Notes under the pieces: generated by a model | Seen by the model: the letters and a program-made list of their open reading frames with translations, nothing else | The model's database searches: none | What the model was told of the DNA's origin: nothing | Translations under genes and position numbers: made by a program | Part shown: in pieces, positions 46,316 to 59,000 of the stretch | How the letters are laid out: the number at the start of each line of letters is the position of its first letter | Numbering within the stretch: position 1 is the stretch's first letter | Assembly (NCBI GenBank): GCA_965644315.1 | Contig: CBFFRQ010000031.1 | Coordinates: 496,001 to 560,000, forward strand | Origin: Caecitellus pseudoparvulus | Taxonomy: Eukaryota; Protista; Bigyra: Bicosoecida | Reading direction: 5' to 3' | Length of the DNA: 64,000 nt

Positions 46316-49300
46316 TCACGCATGCAGTCCGTGAGGCAGGCCCTCTGCGCTGGCCCGCAGCCCACGCAGCGCCGCCTCAGCTGCCAGCAACTCTGCGCCG
46401 CCGTCCATGGTGGAGGGGGGCAGTGCGCGCAGGAGGGGGGCCGAAGGCACCCCGCCCAGCCCCGGCGTGTCCGGCCCCAGGATCATGGCCCGCTCATCCA
46501 GCGGCGCCAGCCCCCGCTTGCGCCGGCGGGTGGAGCTGCCCAGCCCCCCACTGCGTGAGGAGCCGACACTGTGCGCCTTGCCGGACGCGGGGCCGGGGCG
46601 GGATGCGGCGCCGGCGTGGAAGGCGGGGCGGGACATGGGCGACAGGGTGGGCTGACCCCCCCCCTCACCCCCCTCCTCAGAAGACGTGTCCGAGTCGTCA
46701 GACGCGTAGGCGTCATTGGCCCCCGCAAGCATCCCCCGCCGGATGTCAATGACGCTCATGTCCACGGATCGCCGCCGCGCCTTGACACTGAGTGTGCCGG
46801 GGGCGGACGCACCCTCCCGCTCCTCCTCCTCGCCACCACCGGGTCCAGCCCCCCCCACGACACCCCCCCACCGCGCGCCCAGCCTCCCCCGCCACACCCC
46901 CAGCCACCCGCAGTGCCTCCACCACCGTGGTTGAGGGGGTGGCGGGGAGACTGCCCAGGGTCCCCGACCGGCTCCTGCCCTGGGGCGGCGTGGGGGGCAC
47001 CCCGGACGCCGCCCCCTGCCGCAGGGCCAGGACGATGTCCCCCCCGCTCTGCTTGAAAATCACCAGCACTTGGCGCAGGCGCTGCTCCAGCAGCCGGTGC
47101 TGCCGCACCAGGCGCTGGCCAGTGGACAGGGATGCCGCCGCCGCTGCGGCAGAGGCCTGCCCAGTGGAGCTGCGCCCGCCGCCGCCAGTGGAGGCGGAGG
47201 GGACGGAGGAGGCGGGCCCACCACTGCCCCGGACACCGCCCCCCGACTTGCCAGCGGACATGCCCCCCAGGCGAGCGCGCCGGGCGCTGGCAGTGCTGGT
47301 GGGTGCCCGTCCGACGTTGGAGAAGTCCAGTGCGCCCAGCATGCGTTCCAGAGCGTCCTCCAACACGCTCTCGCAGGCGTGGCTGTTCTCCAGGGCCTCC
47401 CGCAGAGCTGCGCGGCGGTACAGGATGCCCCGCAACTGCGCCTCTACATCCGCCATGCCAAGGGTCTGCTCCGTCCCCGCCACGGCGTCTGCCAGTGTAG
47501 AGGCGTTCAGCTCGTGCTGGCACCGCATGACCGCCTGCCGTACCTCGTCTGCCTCCTTCGCCAGCGTGTCCACGCGCAAGTACAGGTCGTAGTTCAGGTC
47601 GTTGGCTTCCTGGTATCGGGCAGCGAAGGCGGCAGGAGCCTCAAAACCAGTCATGGCACTTAGCACCGCCCACACTTCGCTCCAGTTGCGCTGAACAGGC
47701 AGGTCCTGGGCAGGGGAGACGGCGACGGGGGGGGGCGCGGCGCCGCCGCCGCCTCGAGGGGGTTGCAGGGGGGTCACAGGGGGGTGTCGAGGGGGGGCTG
47801 CCGCCACCAGTGAAGCCGGCACAGGTGTCGGCGACAGCGCCCCCCCACTCTCCACCAGACTCTCCGTGAACACGCTGCCGTCCCGACCGCTGCCCAGCAT
47901 GCGGATGGGGCTGGCACGACCTGAGGTCGTGGCTGGGCTCCCACGCCCCGCCGGACTGCTGCCCCCCGGCGGGCCAGTCGCCTCCGCCGCCTCCACACTG
48001 CCGGCGCGGGCCTGGCTGGCAGCCCCCATGGCTTTGGACACGTTGTAGTCGCCCTTGTCCTTGCCGCCGAAGAACAGCGTGCCGTCTGCCGTGTGCAGAT
48101 TGCCCTTCTCAATGGCGCCCACGTCGAGCAGCCCGGCGCTCAGGCGCCCCACCGCCGCGCGCTTTCGCTCACGTTTGCCTGGCCCACTCTTGCCCGGTCC
48201 GGCTCCGAACCCTCCACGGGAGACGGAGGAGGCGCCACTGCGGCTGCTGCCGCTGCTTCGGTGCCCCTTGCCCTGCGCAGGCGTTTTGGACTGCCCCGCC
48301 AAACCAGGCAAGGCCAGCGTGCGGCTCTGCATCGTGGCGGCAGCTGCGGCCTTGCGGTCCCCATTTCGGCTCTTGAGGGCCTCCAGCGCGGCAGCTTCGC
48401 GCTCTGCCGCCGCCTCCGTCGCGCCCACGAGCCCCTGTAGCGCTGCCTCGCGCTGCGCAATGTCCGCAACGCCAGCCGCCTCTGCCGCACCCAGAGCTTC
48501 ATACTCGGCTTCCAAGGCTGCCAGTTCCAGACGGGACTCTTCTTGGGCTCCGTCGACTTGGCTTTCGACTTCGCGGCGGGCCGCCACTAGGCTCTGAATG
48601 TCGTCCTCCATCTGCGCGTTCTGCGCGGCCAGGGCGTTTCCCTCGGAAGTCAAGCGCTCCACGGCGCGTCGCAAGGACAGCTTCTCCCGCCGACGGGTGT
48701 CCACCTTGTCGCGAAGCGCCTTGTTCGCGGCCTTGGCCTTCATGAAGGCTTCCTTGCTCTGCAGGATGCGCTGCTCCAGCAAATCGGCTTGCTTGGACAA
48801 CTTGCGCTCAGCAGCGAGCACTGCATCCTTCCCGCCCACTTGCCCACGCCGCGCCTCCAACGCCTCAATGGCAGTGTCCAGCACGTCGCAGTATGCGTGC
48901 ACGTCAGCCACTTCCGATCGAATGCTCTGCACGCGCTGGATGTAGCGTGCAATCTGCTCCTGAGCGTGCAGCGTTTCGTCCAACGCCGCTTCGGCCTTGC
49001 TGCGTGATGAGCTCAGGCGACTACGTTGCGTCATGCTGGCTGGAGGGGAAGCCCACGGGCGCTCCCGCGTGGTGCCCCCGCCCCCGCCTGCGCCACCGCG
49101 TGAGCGGCTGCTGCGATCTGTGTGGGCCGAGAGAGGCAGCAAGCCTGACGCGGCAGCCTTGGCTTGCGGCGTGCACACCTCTTCAGCGGGGCGCTCTCCT
49201 GGCTCAAGCGGCGGTGTCGCAGAGTGCTGGCCCGTGGCCACCTCAGGCTGCGCTTCCTCCGAAGCACAGAGTTCACCTGCCGGCTGTCCGTGCGGCACTC

Positions 49301-49463
49301 GCGAGGGGCGGCGTGGCGGAGGGGGTCTCCGCGGCGGCTCAGGAATTGCCCTCTCGCGCCCTGAACCGCCACTAGAAGATGCCTCTACGCGCTGCTCTTC
49401 AGCTGCAGGTGCGACGCTTTCCCCAGCCGTGGCCGGTGCAGCCACAGGGCTGGGAGCGCTCAT
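46316..49463 (-). CDS. Coiled-coil protein related to outer dynein arm docking complex subunits (ODA1/CCDC63/CCDC114-like); apparent 1-nt frameshift at ~46863-46869
   Basis: LEQRI..F.KAKAANKALRDKVDTRRREK and TGFE....AARYQEANDLNYDLYLRVDTL resemble the two conserved ODA-DC blocks. The C-terminus continues in the 46316-46897 frame. Confidence 0.65.
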
Positions 49464-49785
49464 GGCCCTGGTCGCAGCGACGTGGAGTAACTGGAAACGG
49501 AACTCTGCCGCAACAAGCCCCTGAAGCCGGCAGTGAAATGGGGTGGTGGAGGACTAACCAACAAGACAATCTTCCTATTTCCTGTGCCCTGCAGCCTGCG
49601 CTTCTCGCAGCAGGAGCCCGGCACTTGGCGAAGCGGCCTGGTGCAGCCCAGCTCCAGCTGCCTGCACGTGAGCGGGCCAAAAAGGGAAGCAGACGCGTGG
49701 TCAAGAGCTGGCATCCAGATTCTGGTCTGCATTGTCAAGCGAGGCAGTAAATTATGTGCCCTCTCCCTCTCTGGCTGGCCCCCTG

Positions 49786-50472
49786 TCATGCCGGCTTGGG
49801 GCGCCGCCGCTGGCGCCGGGGCCGGCTGACAAACATGCTAGACACGCCCCTTCCCGAGCCAGAGGCCTGATTCCGAGGGCCCAGCAGTGTGCTGCGCTGG
49901 CCAGCCGCGACGGCGCGAGTGGCCTCTCCCTCGTGCGACGGCATGAGGGGGGCGGGGGCTGCTGCCGCCTGGGAGGGTGAGCCAGACGGCGCCACGGCAG
50001 GGGCCGTGCTCACAGCGGTCAGGCCAGACACACGCGCTTGCACAGGGTGCAGGCGCATGCTGCCTGCCTCTGGCTCCCACACCAGCGCGAACTCACGGGC
50101 CACAGAGGCGGAGTGACCTCGGAACTGGGAGGGGAGCGGCGAGGCGGGCATGACAGCGCGTTGGAGGCGGTGCCGGGACACTGCGAGGCTGCTTACAGTC
50201 CTTCCCCCCTGCTGCACATGCACTTTCCCTTGGTCTTCTTGTTTGACGGTGGCCTGCTCCGCGGCAGGCTGAAAGCCAGGCGGCAAGAACTTGTCTGTGC
50301 GCCACAGCCAGCGCCGGGTGATTGGGAACGAACAAGGGCTGCAGCGTCCTCACCCACAGTGCATAGATGTGTAAGCGTGATCTTCAGACAGATCCACGTG
50401 CAGGGGGATGTCCACGCCCACTGGGAAGGAGCTTCCAGGCTCAGGTGGGGTTTGCTGCGGATTTTGAGCCAT
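49786..50472 (-). CDS. EAF (ELL-associated factor)-domain protein (2 introns)
   Basis: Spliced YTSMHYKFLPPG and FRGH....EFALVWEPEAGSMRL resemble the EAF N-terminal domain pattern. Confidence 0.6.
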
Positions 50473-50587
50473 GCTGTACCTGCCACAGGCTGGAGAACTG
50501 AGCCACCAAAACAAAATTGAAATACCAGCCGTGTGCCGTTGGGTGCACAATCTGATTTGGTGCAGCCCTGTCCCTGCATGCATGAAC

Positions 50588-53358
50588 ATGGAGGGCGCCT
50601 CCAGCTCGGATGCCAGCTCGCTGGCCTCCTCCGCGGAGAGCGATGGCGGCATCGACCTTGCCTGGCATGGCGTGTGGAAGCACCCCGTGCAAAGCATGGC
50701 GCTGTGCCCAACCCTGGACCTCGTTGCAGTGTGCTCAGGCTCCTCGGTGCACCTCCTGGTACGTCCCTCCGCCAACAGCTTCGCCTGCACACTCTCAACG
50801 CCAGAGCCGCCTGTCCTGCGCAGCGACCGTTTGGGTGGCAGAGCGTCCTGTGCGAGGAAGCAGGGCCGAATGAGGCCCTGACATCTGTGTCCTGGAATGA
50901 AGATGGTACTGCCTTGCAGTGCAGCTCTGATGCGGGCACTATCTTTCACTGCATTCCAGACGCGGGCCAGGGCAGCCGTCGGCTCACACTGGCTCGACCA
51001 GCCCTCGCCTCGCACTCCCCAGGGAGCGCCCAGCGGTGTTCTCTGGACCCCCTGGCTTTGAAGCCATTTGTATCCCTGCCTCGTCTCCACGCATTGCCAC
51101 CCCAGCTCCCTGAAGCTGACGTAGTGGCAGTGCAAGAACTGCCCACTTCACAGCCAAGTTCCGCACTCGCCCAAGCTCTGGGCTGCACCGCCACCCTGGG
51201 CTCACCAGACACGCCACAACAGCTAGCCCTGCAGACATCCATCTCATCTTCAGCAGCAGAGCTTGTCCTAGACAGTGCTTTCCCTCTATTTCCTCTTGTG
51301 CCGCCTGTGCCGGGCGCTCGGCCCCTGGCTGCCGTTGCAACTGCGGCTGGCGTCGGCGCAGCTGCCTGGGAGGGCCCAAACGGCACTTCCCTCGTCGCCT
51401 ATGCCCCTCACACGGAGCCATCGGCGTCCAACGTGATAGATTTGCAGCCCTCTACAGCCTGGGCTGCCTGCGCTGTGGCGCATCGCAGCGTGCACTACGC
51501 AACGCAGCATGCAGCTTCGGCGCTGCAGCACGCAGCGGGCGTATGGGCTGGGGCCGAAGCATCATTTGCTGGGCACCTGGACAGTCTCTGTGCCGTGCTG
51601 CGCAAGCACTCCATTCCGCACAGTGCCCTCCACGACCGAGCACCCCTCTCACCCACCACCTGCCCTGAAGTCGCCCTGCCAGTGCTTGCCTGCCGCCTGC
51701 AGGACCTGCTCTCCAAATCCCGCACCCCCCACTGCGCCGCACTGCCTCACTCCGGGCTTCTACGTTACCTCTTGCAGTGTGCCTTCACTGGCCTGCCCAG
51801 CCTGCCAGGAGCCATGGGCTTCGTGCAGTGGCTGGAGGGCAGTGCCGCGGCAGGGGCTTTGGCCGTGGCTGGGAAGGTGCAGGCAGCGGGCATGCTGGAC
51901 GCAGCCCTGGCTCAGTACCTCCTCCCCGCCCTGGACATCTGCAAGCGCCAGCTGCAGACCTTGGCTGGCGTGGCCGGCGGCCTCGGCGCCTCACCCCCTG
52001 CACTGGCCCTCGCCCAGCAGGCGCTGGATGCGGTGGTCCACTCCGCCGCCACCCTGCGCCACGACATGGAGGCGTGCCTAGAAGTGCACACTTCCATCCT
52101 GCGCATGCTGGAGTGGGCGCGGGCAGCTGCTGCGAGTGGGCGCGGCGACGAGGCGGGGGCAGGCGCGAGTGCTCCGCCGGCCGTGCCCCCCCTCACGCCC
52201 CAGCATCTGTTGTGCCTCACTGGCCTCGCGGGCTCAGCAGCTCCCGCGCCCGCCTCAGCCGCCCAGACCACACCCGACACTGGCAACCCCTTCGGCCTCG
52301 TCTTTACAGCTGCTGGCACGGCGGCAGTGGCGGCCGGGCCAGCAGAAGCATCTGACGCGGATGCCGTCACTGCCCGCCCCCACGACACTGCTCTGCCCTT
52401 TGCCCTGGCTGACCAGGCCCACAGCCCCCTGCCCACTGCCCTCACCTCCCTTCTGGAGCGCCTGCGCTGTGCCTTCAGCACGCTGGCGTCTGAAGTCAGC
52501 TCCCTGTGCCCGCCACCTGCCCCAGCGCCAGTGGCCACAGTGCGGCCATGCGGCCCCGTCTCTGCTGTGTTGGCGCTGCCTTGTCCAGACGAAGACGGGG
52601 AGGAGGAAGAGGAGGAAGAGGAGGAGGGGGGGGGCGCTGCGTCGGCCCGGGAGCTCAGCGCCAACGAGGTGGTGCCGCAAGCACAGGCACACTTCGTGCT
52701 GCCGCTGCTGCACCACCCTTCCGACAGCACCAAAGCAACCACAACGGTGCTGACAGTGTGGAAGGCTGGCAAAGGTGAAGCAGACCCCCCTTCAGTGGCG
52801 GGAGTGGACATGCCCCCCGGCTGCAGCGTGCTTGCAGTGCAGGCCTTTACGCGTGGCATGACGGACCCGAGCCCACGAGTGGTGGTGGTGGTGGACGAGG
52901 GGGGTGAAGGGGGGGTGCAGGTCGGCCTGCTCCCTCTGCACGACCTTGTCTTCTGGAATTGTGCAGCACAAGAGCCAGGCAAAAGCGTGGCCTCCGTGAA
53001 CGACATTCTCGTGGAGGGGGATGAGGAGGGGGGTGTCGCCACCCCCCTCCACCTCGGCGCGGCTGGGGTGCATGACTGGCAAGACATCACGCAAGCCTGT
53101 GTGGCCCTGCCCGACTGGCCTCGAGACGCCTCAGGAGCCGCCCTCTCGGCTGGCTTGCAGGTGGCTGTGAACCCTCCGCGGGGCCTCGCCATTCTCTCCG
53201 TGCCTCACGGTGACAGCGAGGATGGTGCATCGTCCGTGTGGGTGCTGGACATGCCAGCAGCCCCTGCGCCGGGTGACGAAAGCGATGAAGAAGGGGAAGA
53301 GGAGGAACAGGAGGAAGAGGAAAGTGGGGGAGATGAGAGTGAGGACGTGGAGCTGTGA
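50588..53358 (+). CDS. Divergent anaphase-promoting complex subunit 4-like protein (intron 50759-50823)
   Basis: Spliced MALCPTLDLVAV..VHLLRPFGWQSV..LTSVSWNEDG resembles the ANAPC4 N-terminal WD40 segment; helical middle region; acidic tail. Confidence 0.65.
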
Positions 53359-53402
53359 GGCACTGCGTAGCCGGTCAGTGTGTGGTGGGGTCGAGCGCCC
53401 CA

Positions 53403-54197
53403 TCACAGCCCGTTCCGAGCCTTGAAGTCTTCCAAGAAGGCCTGCTCCTTGGCCAGGGCCTGTGCAGCGCGCTCTGCTCGTCTGGCTTCCCTCTTCTCCT
53501 GCCACTTGGCCTGTCGCCGTGCTGAAGCCTTCAGCTGCGCCAGATCGTCGCCGTGCCCGAGCAGCTGGGCCTGGGGCACGCCCGACGTGCCGTCCCGCAA
53601 GTCTTCAGCCTCTGCGGCGCCCGCGTGAAACGCAGCAGACGCTGCCTTGCGCCGCTCCAACCGCCCTGCGAAGCCATCTTTCGGCGGCACGAGCTCGAAC
53701 TCAACTGCCCGTTGGGCCTCCCGCTGTCGCCGCCGGGCAGCCTTTCGTGCCGCACTGCGTCCCTCCCTGTGCTGCGGGGCGCTTGTTTCATACCGAATGC
53801 CCGATTTGGAGACGGCCCGTGGGGGTGGAGCATGAGCCGGGGCTGCCGCCAGGACTGAGCGTGCGGGAGGCGGACTGCGCCCTCTGCGCTGCCTGGATCC
53901 CTCAGCCGGCGTGTTGGAGGACAGGTCGTAGTACCTCCGGGACAACTTCCCACTGTTCCAGCGCCTGACAAACTTCGCGAAGAGGTTCCTGGCCTCCACG
54001 CTGGACAGGTCGGTGAACTCGATCCCTCTGTGAAGAAGGTGCTTGAGCAAGTGTAGGCGAGGGGAAGGCAAATTCCGCAGACCACTGCCGAACCTCGAGT
54101 GTCGCAGCCAGGCACTGAACTCGGGGTTGCGACGGAAGTAGTCCTCTCTATCTAGGGTCCCAATTCCAGGAGGCGGTCCTGGCCTGCACGCGTCCAT
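53403..54197 (-). CDS. Style cell-cycle inhibitor 1 (SCI1)-like conserved protein (1 in-frame intron)
   Basis: EDYFRRNPEFSAWL...FTDLSSVEARNLFAKFVRRWNSGKLSRRYY. Confidence 0.75.
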   Translation of the reverse strand: MDACRPGPPPGIGTLDREDYFRRNPEFSAWLRHSRFGSGLRNLPSPRLHLLKHLLHRGIEFTDLSSVEARNLFAKFVRRWNSGKLSRRYYDLSSNTPAEGSRQRRGRSPPPARSVLAAAPAHAPPPRAVSKSGIRYETSAPQHREGRSAARKAARRRQREAQRAVEFELVPPKDGFAGRLERRKAASAAFHAGAAEAEDLRDGTSGVPQAQLLGHGDDLAQLKASARRQAKWQEKREARRAERAAQALAKEQAFLEDFKARNGL

Positions 54198-54378
54198 CGT
54201 CCACCTGCCTGCAGGGCCCTTGCACGTGCTGGACTTGAAAGTGGCCCGATACAGCAGTGTTGCTTGCGGCCATGGCCACACAAAGCACCACCCAGACTTG
54301 CACGCCGGAATGACGAGTTCGAGACAATTCAAAAAATTGACCGCACACCCGTGCTTCGATGCATTGCCGCTAACCCTG

Positions 54379-55992
54379 TCAACGCTCCAGGCCAGGGTGC
54401 CAGCCAAGTGATAGCCCTGGCCCAGCCTCTAGCAGGGTCTTGGGCAGGAGGTACTGCTGCAGCGCAGCAGGTCCCAGGTCTCTGCCCGTGCCAGATGCAC
54501 CAAAGCCCCCCCAAGGCAGCTGCACGAAGGCTGGCTGGCTGCAGTTCCGCCACACCGTGCCAGCACGCAACCCATCCCGGCACCGTTCCCACACGTCCTG
54601 CCGCTCTGTGAACACGGCTGCTGCCAGGCCATACGGTGTGTTGTTCGCTGCTTCCATGGCTTGGCTTTCGGAGGTAAACCGCTGTGCGCACAGCACCGGC
54701 CCAAACACCTCCGACTGCCACACCTCTGCGTCTGAAGGAACGGGCCCAAACACCGCCGGACGAACGAAGAAACCGCCCTCTGGCAGGGCCTGCTTGGCGC
54801 TGCAGGTGATTTCGGGGAGTCCTGCTTCCCGTGCACGCCGAATGAAACCGCTTACGCCCGCGTGCTGGACTGCGTTGGCCAACGGACCAAGCCGGGTTGA
54901 GGGGTCGAGCGGGTCTCCCATGGGCAGTGATGCCAGCGCCTCTGCAAGCCTCGGCACCAGCACGTCCCAGACACTGTCCTGCACCAGCAAGCGTGACGTG
55001 GCAGAGCAGATCTGCCCATTGTTCCCCGCCACGCCGTACGCTAGCCACTCCACCACCCGAGTCAACGCCGCTTCCCCACGCACCGCATCCTCAAACACCA
55101 CCGCCGAGCTCTTGCCTCCCAGCTCCAAAGACACTGCCTTAGCCGTCGCTGCAGCAGTGGCAGCCACAGCAGCTCCCGCCCTCGTGGAGCCCGTGAAGGT
55201 CACCTTTGCAACGCCGCCGCTGGCTGCCAGGGCCGCGCCGACAGTTTCCCCCCGCCCGGGGACGACGTTCAGGACGCCACGAGGCAAACCAGCTTCTGCA
55301 GCCACCTTGGCCAGGAGCAGCGCTGACAGTGGCGTGTACTCTGACGGCTTGAGCACGACAGGGCAGCCGGCAGCCAGCGCTGGCGCCACCTTCCACACAG
55401 CCATCAGGAGTGGGTAGTTCCACGGGGTGATGGCTGCCACGACCCCCACTGGCTCTTGCGCGATGGCGGCAGTGTAATCCTGCGTCGGCAAGCTCACAGG
55501 GCGGGGCAGGGTCGGCAGCTCCTCGGCCAAGCTGGCCATATACTCGAAGCAGCCTGCCGCATCCTCCGCATCCCACTCCGCCTCCACGATGGGCTTGCCG
55601 CCTGACAGCGCGTCCAGGAGCTGGAACCACTTGGCGTGCTTCCGAATGCCCTGTGCAATGCTACGCAGTGTTGCTGCTCGGTCGGCTGGCGGCAGCGCCC
55701 GCCAAGATGGGAATGCTGCGCCGGCGGATGACACGGCGAATTGCACAGCTGCTTGAGAGTCGTGCAAAGCACAAATCTCCCCGCCAGTCGTGGGGTCTGT
55801 CACAGGCAATGCCGGGCCTTCAAAGTGCTTCACATCGTTGTCGATCCATGGCCCTGCTGGCGTTGCTGCCAGCGCAGCCTGCAGGTCGGCAGCGTCTTGT
55901 CCTCGTCGGGAAGCGATTTCCGCACTGCACACACCCCTGCTGCAGAGCAGCCAGGTGCGTGCAGGCCGCGAAATCGCGCGAGTCAGCCACAT
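54379..55992 (-). CDS. Aldehyde dehydrogenase, ALDH10 (betaine/amino-aldehyde)-like, with putative mitochondrial presequence
   Basis: ITPWNYPLLM, LKPSE, FTGST, LELGGK, GQICSATSR, EVFGPV, NCSQP..LPWGG; Arg-rich, acid-free N-terminus. Confidence 0.92.
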   Translation of the reverse strand: MWLTRAISRPARTWLLCSRGVCSAEIASRRGQDAADLQAALAATPAGPWIDNDVKHFEGPALPVTDPTTGGEICALHDSQAAVQFAVSSAGAAFPSWRALPPADRAATLRSIAQGIRKHAKWFQLLDALSGGKPIVEAEWDAEDAAGCFEYMASLAEELPTLPRPVSLPTQDYTAAIAQEPVGVVAAITPWNYPLLMAVWKVAPALAAGCPVVLKPSEYTPLSALLLAKVAAEAGLPRGVLNVVPGRGETVGAALAASGGVAKVTFTGSTRAGAAVAATAAATAKAVSLELGGKSSAVVFEDAVRGEAALTRVVEWLAYGVAGNNGQICSATSRLLVQDSVWDVLVPRLAEALASLPMGDPLDPSTRLGPLANAVQHAGVSGFIRRAREAGLPEITCSAKQALPEGGFFVRPAVFGPVPSDAEVWQSEVFGPVLCAQRFTSESQAMEAANNTPYGLAAAVFTERQDVWERCRDGLRAGTVWRNCSQPAFVQLPWGGFGASGTGRDLGPAALQQYLLPKTLLEAGPGLSLGWHPGLER

Positions 55993-56096
55993 GGCCTTTA
56001 AGTTGTGTATGCATTATAGGCGGGTCAAAATGCGCGAGGAGGTGGGAATGTGTGTGGCCGGGCTGGCTGTGCCTGGACCAGCAACACCCCCTGCGC

Positions 56097-59000
56097 TCAC
56101 TTCCAGCCCCGCCGCAGCGGCGTGCGCCGCGTCACTGCCGCGTGCACCTCGTCCCAGGGAGTCACCACCCCGTGGTGCGCCGCAGCCTCAATGCCCTTCT
56201 CACGACGCGGCTTCCCCCCGCTGCTCTTCTTGCTTGCGAAGGAGACCCGCATGGCCGCTCGAGCGCGGCCCCACCCATCCGTGGCCCGTGTGCGCCCCAC
56301 GGCACCAGGCGCAGGGCGTGCCCCGCCCACAGCCTGTGACCCTTGCCTGACAACGCCTCTCCCTGGCCTTCCCTCCGTTCCATCTCCCCCTGTGCACAGG
56401 GCAAGCGACTGGCCCCCGCGCTGCAACTCAGGGGACGCCCTGCCCCCCTCATGCGGCAGCTGCTGCAGGTCCAAAGCGTATGTCACAGGGCTGCTCTGCG
56501 CCCGCGCCCTGGACAGCAGTGCCTCCTGGCGCAACTCTGCCGTGCTGCGCTGCAGGGCGTCACCAACACTGCCGCCGCCGCTGCCCCCCAGCTTCAGGAA
56601 CAGGGACGCAGGCGCCGCAGCTGCCACTTGCATAGCGGCATGTGGGTGCAGCTGCGCTACATCCTGCGCGTGGCCTTGCGCCACCACCCCAGCAGCAGCC
56701 TGCAGCTGCGGCACAGGTGTCGAGGGTGCCGGCTGCACGCCGCTGTCCGTTCGCACCAAGTCTGCTGGGCGAGCGAACGGGCTCAGTGCCGCTGCCAGGG
56801 CAGTGTGGGAGACGCCCGCTGCGCCAGGGCCCGAGCTCTCCGGCGCAGGCACACCCACAGCAGTGGCCACAGCCTGCCAGTTGCGCCCCAGGCCACCCTG
56901 GGCCTGCACTGCGCCTGCTCGCAGCAGTAGGTCGGGCACTGGGCAGGCTGGGAGCAGGTCGGCGGCCTCGGACACAGCCAGCCACTCCTGCAGGCCCAGC
57001 ACGGGCGTGCCGTTGGTGGTGGTGACGCATCCAGGTGCGCCGCGCATGGCAGCACGGTGCTCGCTGGGTGCGGTGGTGGAGTACGAGGGGGGCGGCGGCG
57101 CCACCGTGAACCAGTTGAGAGCGAGGAGGGCAGGCGGGCACAGAGCGTGCACGTTCACGCCCAGGGGGGCCGCATGCACAAGCTCTGCAGCCGTGGAAGG
57201 CGGCGGGCAGTGCATACGGGCCAGGAGCAGGGCCATGCGGTGCAGGCGGGACAGGGAGTTCACTCGGTGGGGATGCCGCCCCTTCATGTGTGTGGCCACA
57301 GCTGCCAGCGCAGCCACAAAGTACGCATACCGCAGTCCGATGCAGGGCGGCGTGCCAGGCTGGGTGCAGCCAGCATCCTCTGCACACTGTGTGCGGAAGG
57401 CCCAGTCGTACAGACGCAGCGCATCCACACGCGACAGCTCGCGCTGCGACACGCGCAGGCGGCGGAGGGACTGGATGAAGGCATCTGGTAACAAGACTAT
57501 AGCACTGCCGTCCATTTCGACCAAGGCCTCGTGGACTTCGCGTCTGGGGCGGGCTGCAGAGCGTGGGGTGTGCTGCCGTCTGCGGCTCGGCGAATGCGGG
57601 CCCAGAGGGGACACGGCCGCGACGTGAGGGTGCTGCACCAAGCTGGCGCGGGGCGGGGCCGAGCCGGCGGAAAGGTGGAGCGACGCTGCGACCTCCGATG
57701 ATGGGAGGGGCGCCTGCGGACCATGTCGTGCTCGCCCAGCCACGTACTGGGCCCACACATGCCGCCGAGCAGCGTCAGCATCTCGACCCTCCAGAACCGC
57801 CTCCACCTCGGCGTCAAGCAAGGCACTGGCGATTCCCGGGGACAGCGCGGCACCTGCCGGGCTCAAGCTAGCAGACACCACACTGGTGATTGGTGCAGGG
57901 GTCGGTGCTTGCCTTGACGGTGTCGCGGCATCCATCAGTGTCAAGCGTGACACCGGCCCTGCATCTGGTTCCAAGACCCCCAGGCAGGCACCGCACACGT
58001 CAATGAGGAACAACTCCTCACGCCACAAGGCTGCACGGCGGTCGGCACGGGAGTGGGCGCCCATTGTACTGCGCAGTGAGCCAGGAGTGGACGGCGTGGA
58101 CGCAGCAGGGGTGCTGGCGCGAGACGGCACCAGCAGCACCCCCATCTGCCTGTTCACCAGCAACACGATGGCATCCACAAACTGGGAGAAAGTCAAGGCG
58201 CGCCCCGAAAGGTGCATGCCAGGGCGCGAACGCTGTCGCCAGGTGTGGTCACCCTCCGCCATGCCCAGCACAAGAGCAGCCCATGTACGGTCTGAGACGG
58301 CGCCTACGCCGTCGAGGTTGCTGCCCTCCCCGTCGGGGCGCCCCACCATGGAGCGGATGAAGCTCACGACTTCCTCCCCGCGCAGCATGCCATCATCATT
58401 GCGGTCAAGCACCCGAAAGGCCCTGCGCATGGCACCCAGGTCCATGTGTCCACGTTTCCAGCCGACCCACCTTGCAAGGGCTGTGGGCGTTGCAGACCAC
58501 GGGAGAGCAGGTGCCCCCACAGCGCTTTGTTGCGAACGATCAGGCGCACAGCGGCCAGTGTGCGGCTGCGAGGTGTTTTGGCCTCCTTCCACACCACCCC
58601 TGCTCAATGGAGCTGGCGCGCTGCCTGCGGCTGCCCTGCTAGCCAGCGTGTCCAGGACAAGGTGCCCAGCACTCGCAAAGTGCTCAAAGACTAACCGAAG
58701 GCCCGGAGCACACAAGTGACATAGCTGAAGCATGTCTTCCAGGTCCTGTGTCAGGCAGAAAGGCTGCATGGTGGAACTCCCTCGCGTGCCCTCCGCACTT
58801 CTGCGGGCTGTCCCAGAGGGCGCCCGCTTCGACTCGTTGAGGCCAGCACGGCTTCCTTCGCTCACAGGCGTTCCTGGCGCGGAGCCGGGTAGGGGCGCGG
58901 CATTGTTGAAGGGCTTGGCACGAGAAAGGACGTGCCCTTGAATGTAGTTCCGAACATGCCGTTCGAGAGACTGCAAGAGCTGTGGCGTTGGAGGCCCGTG

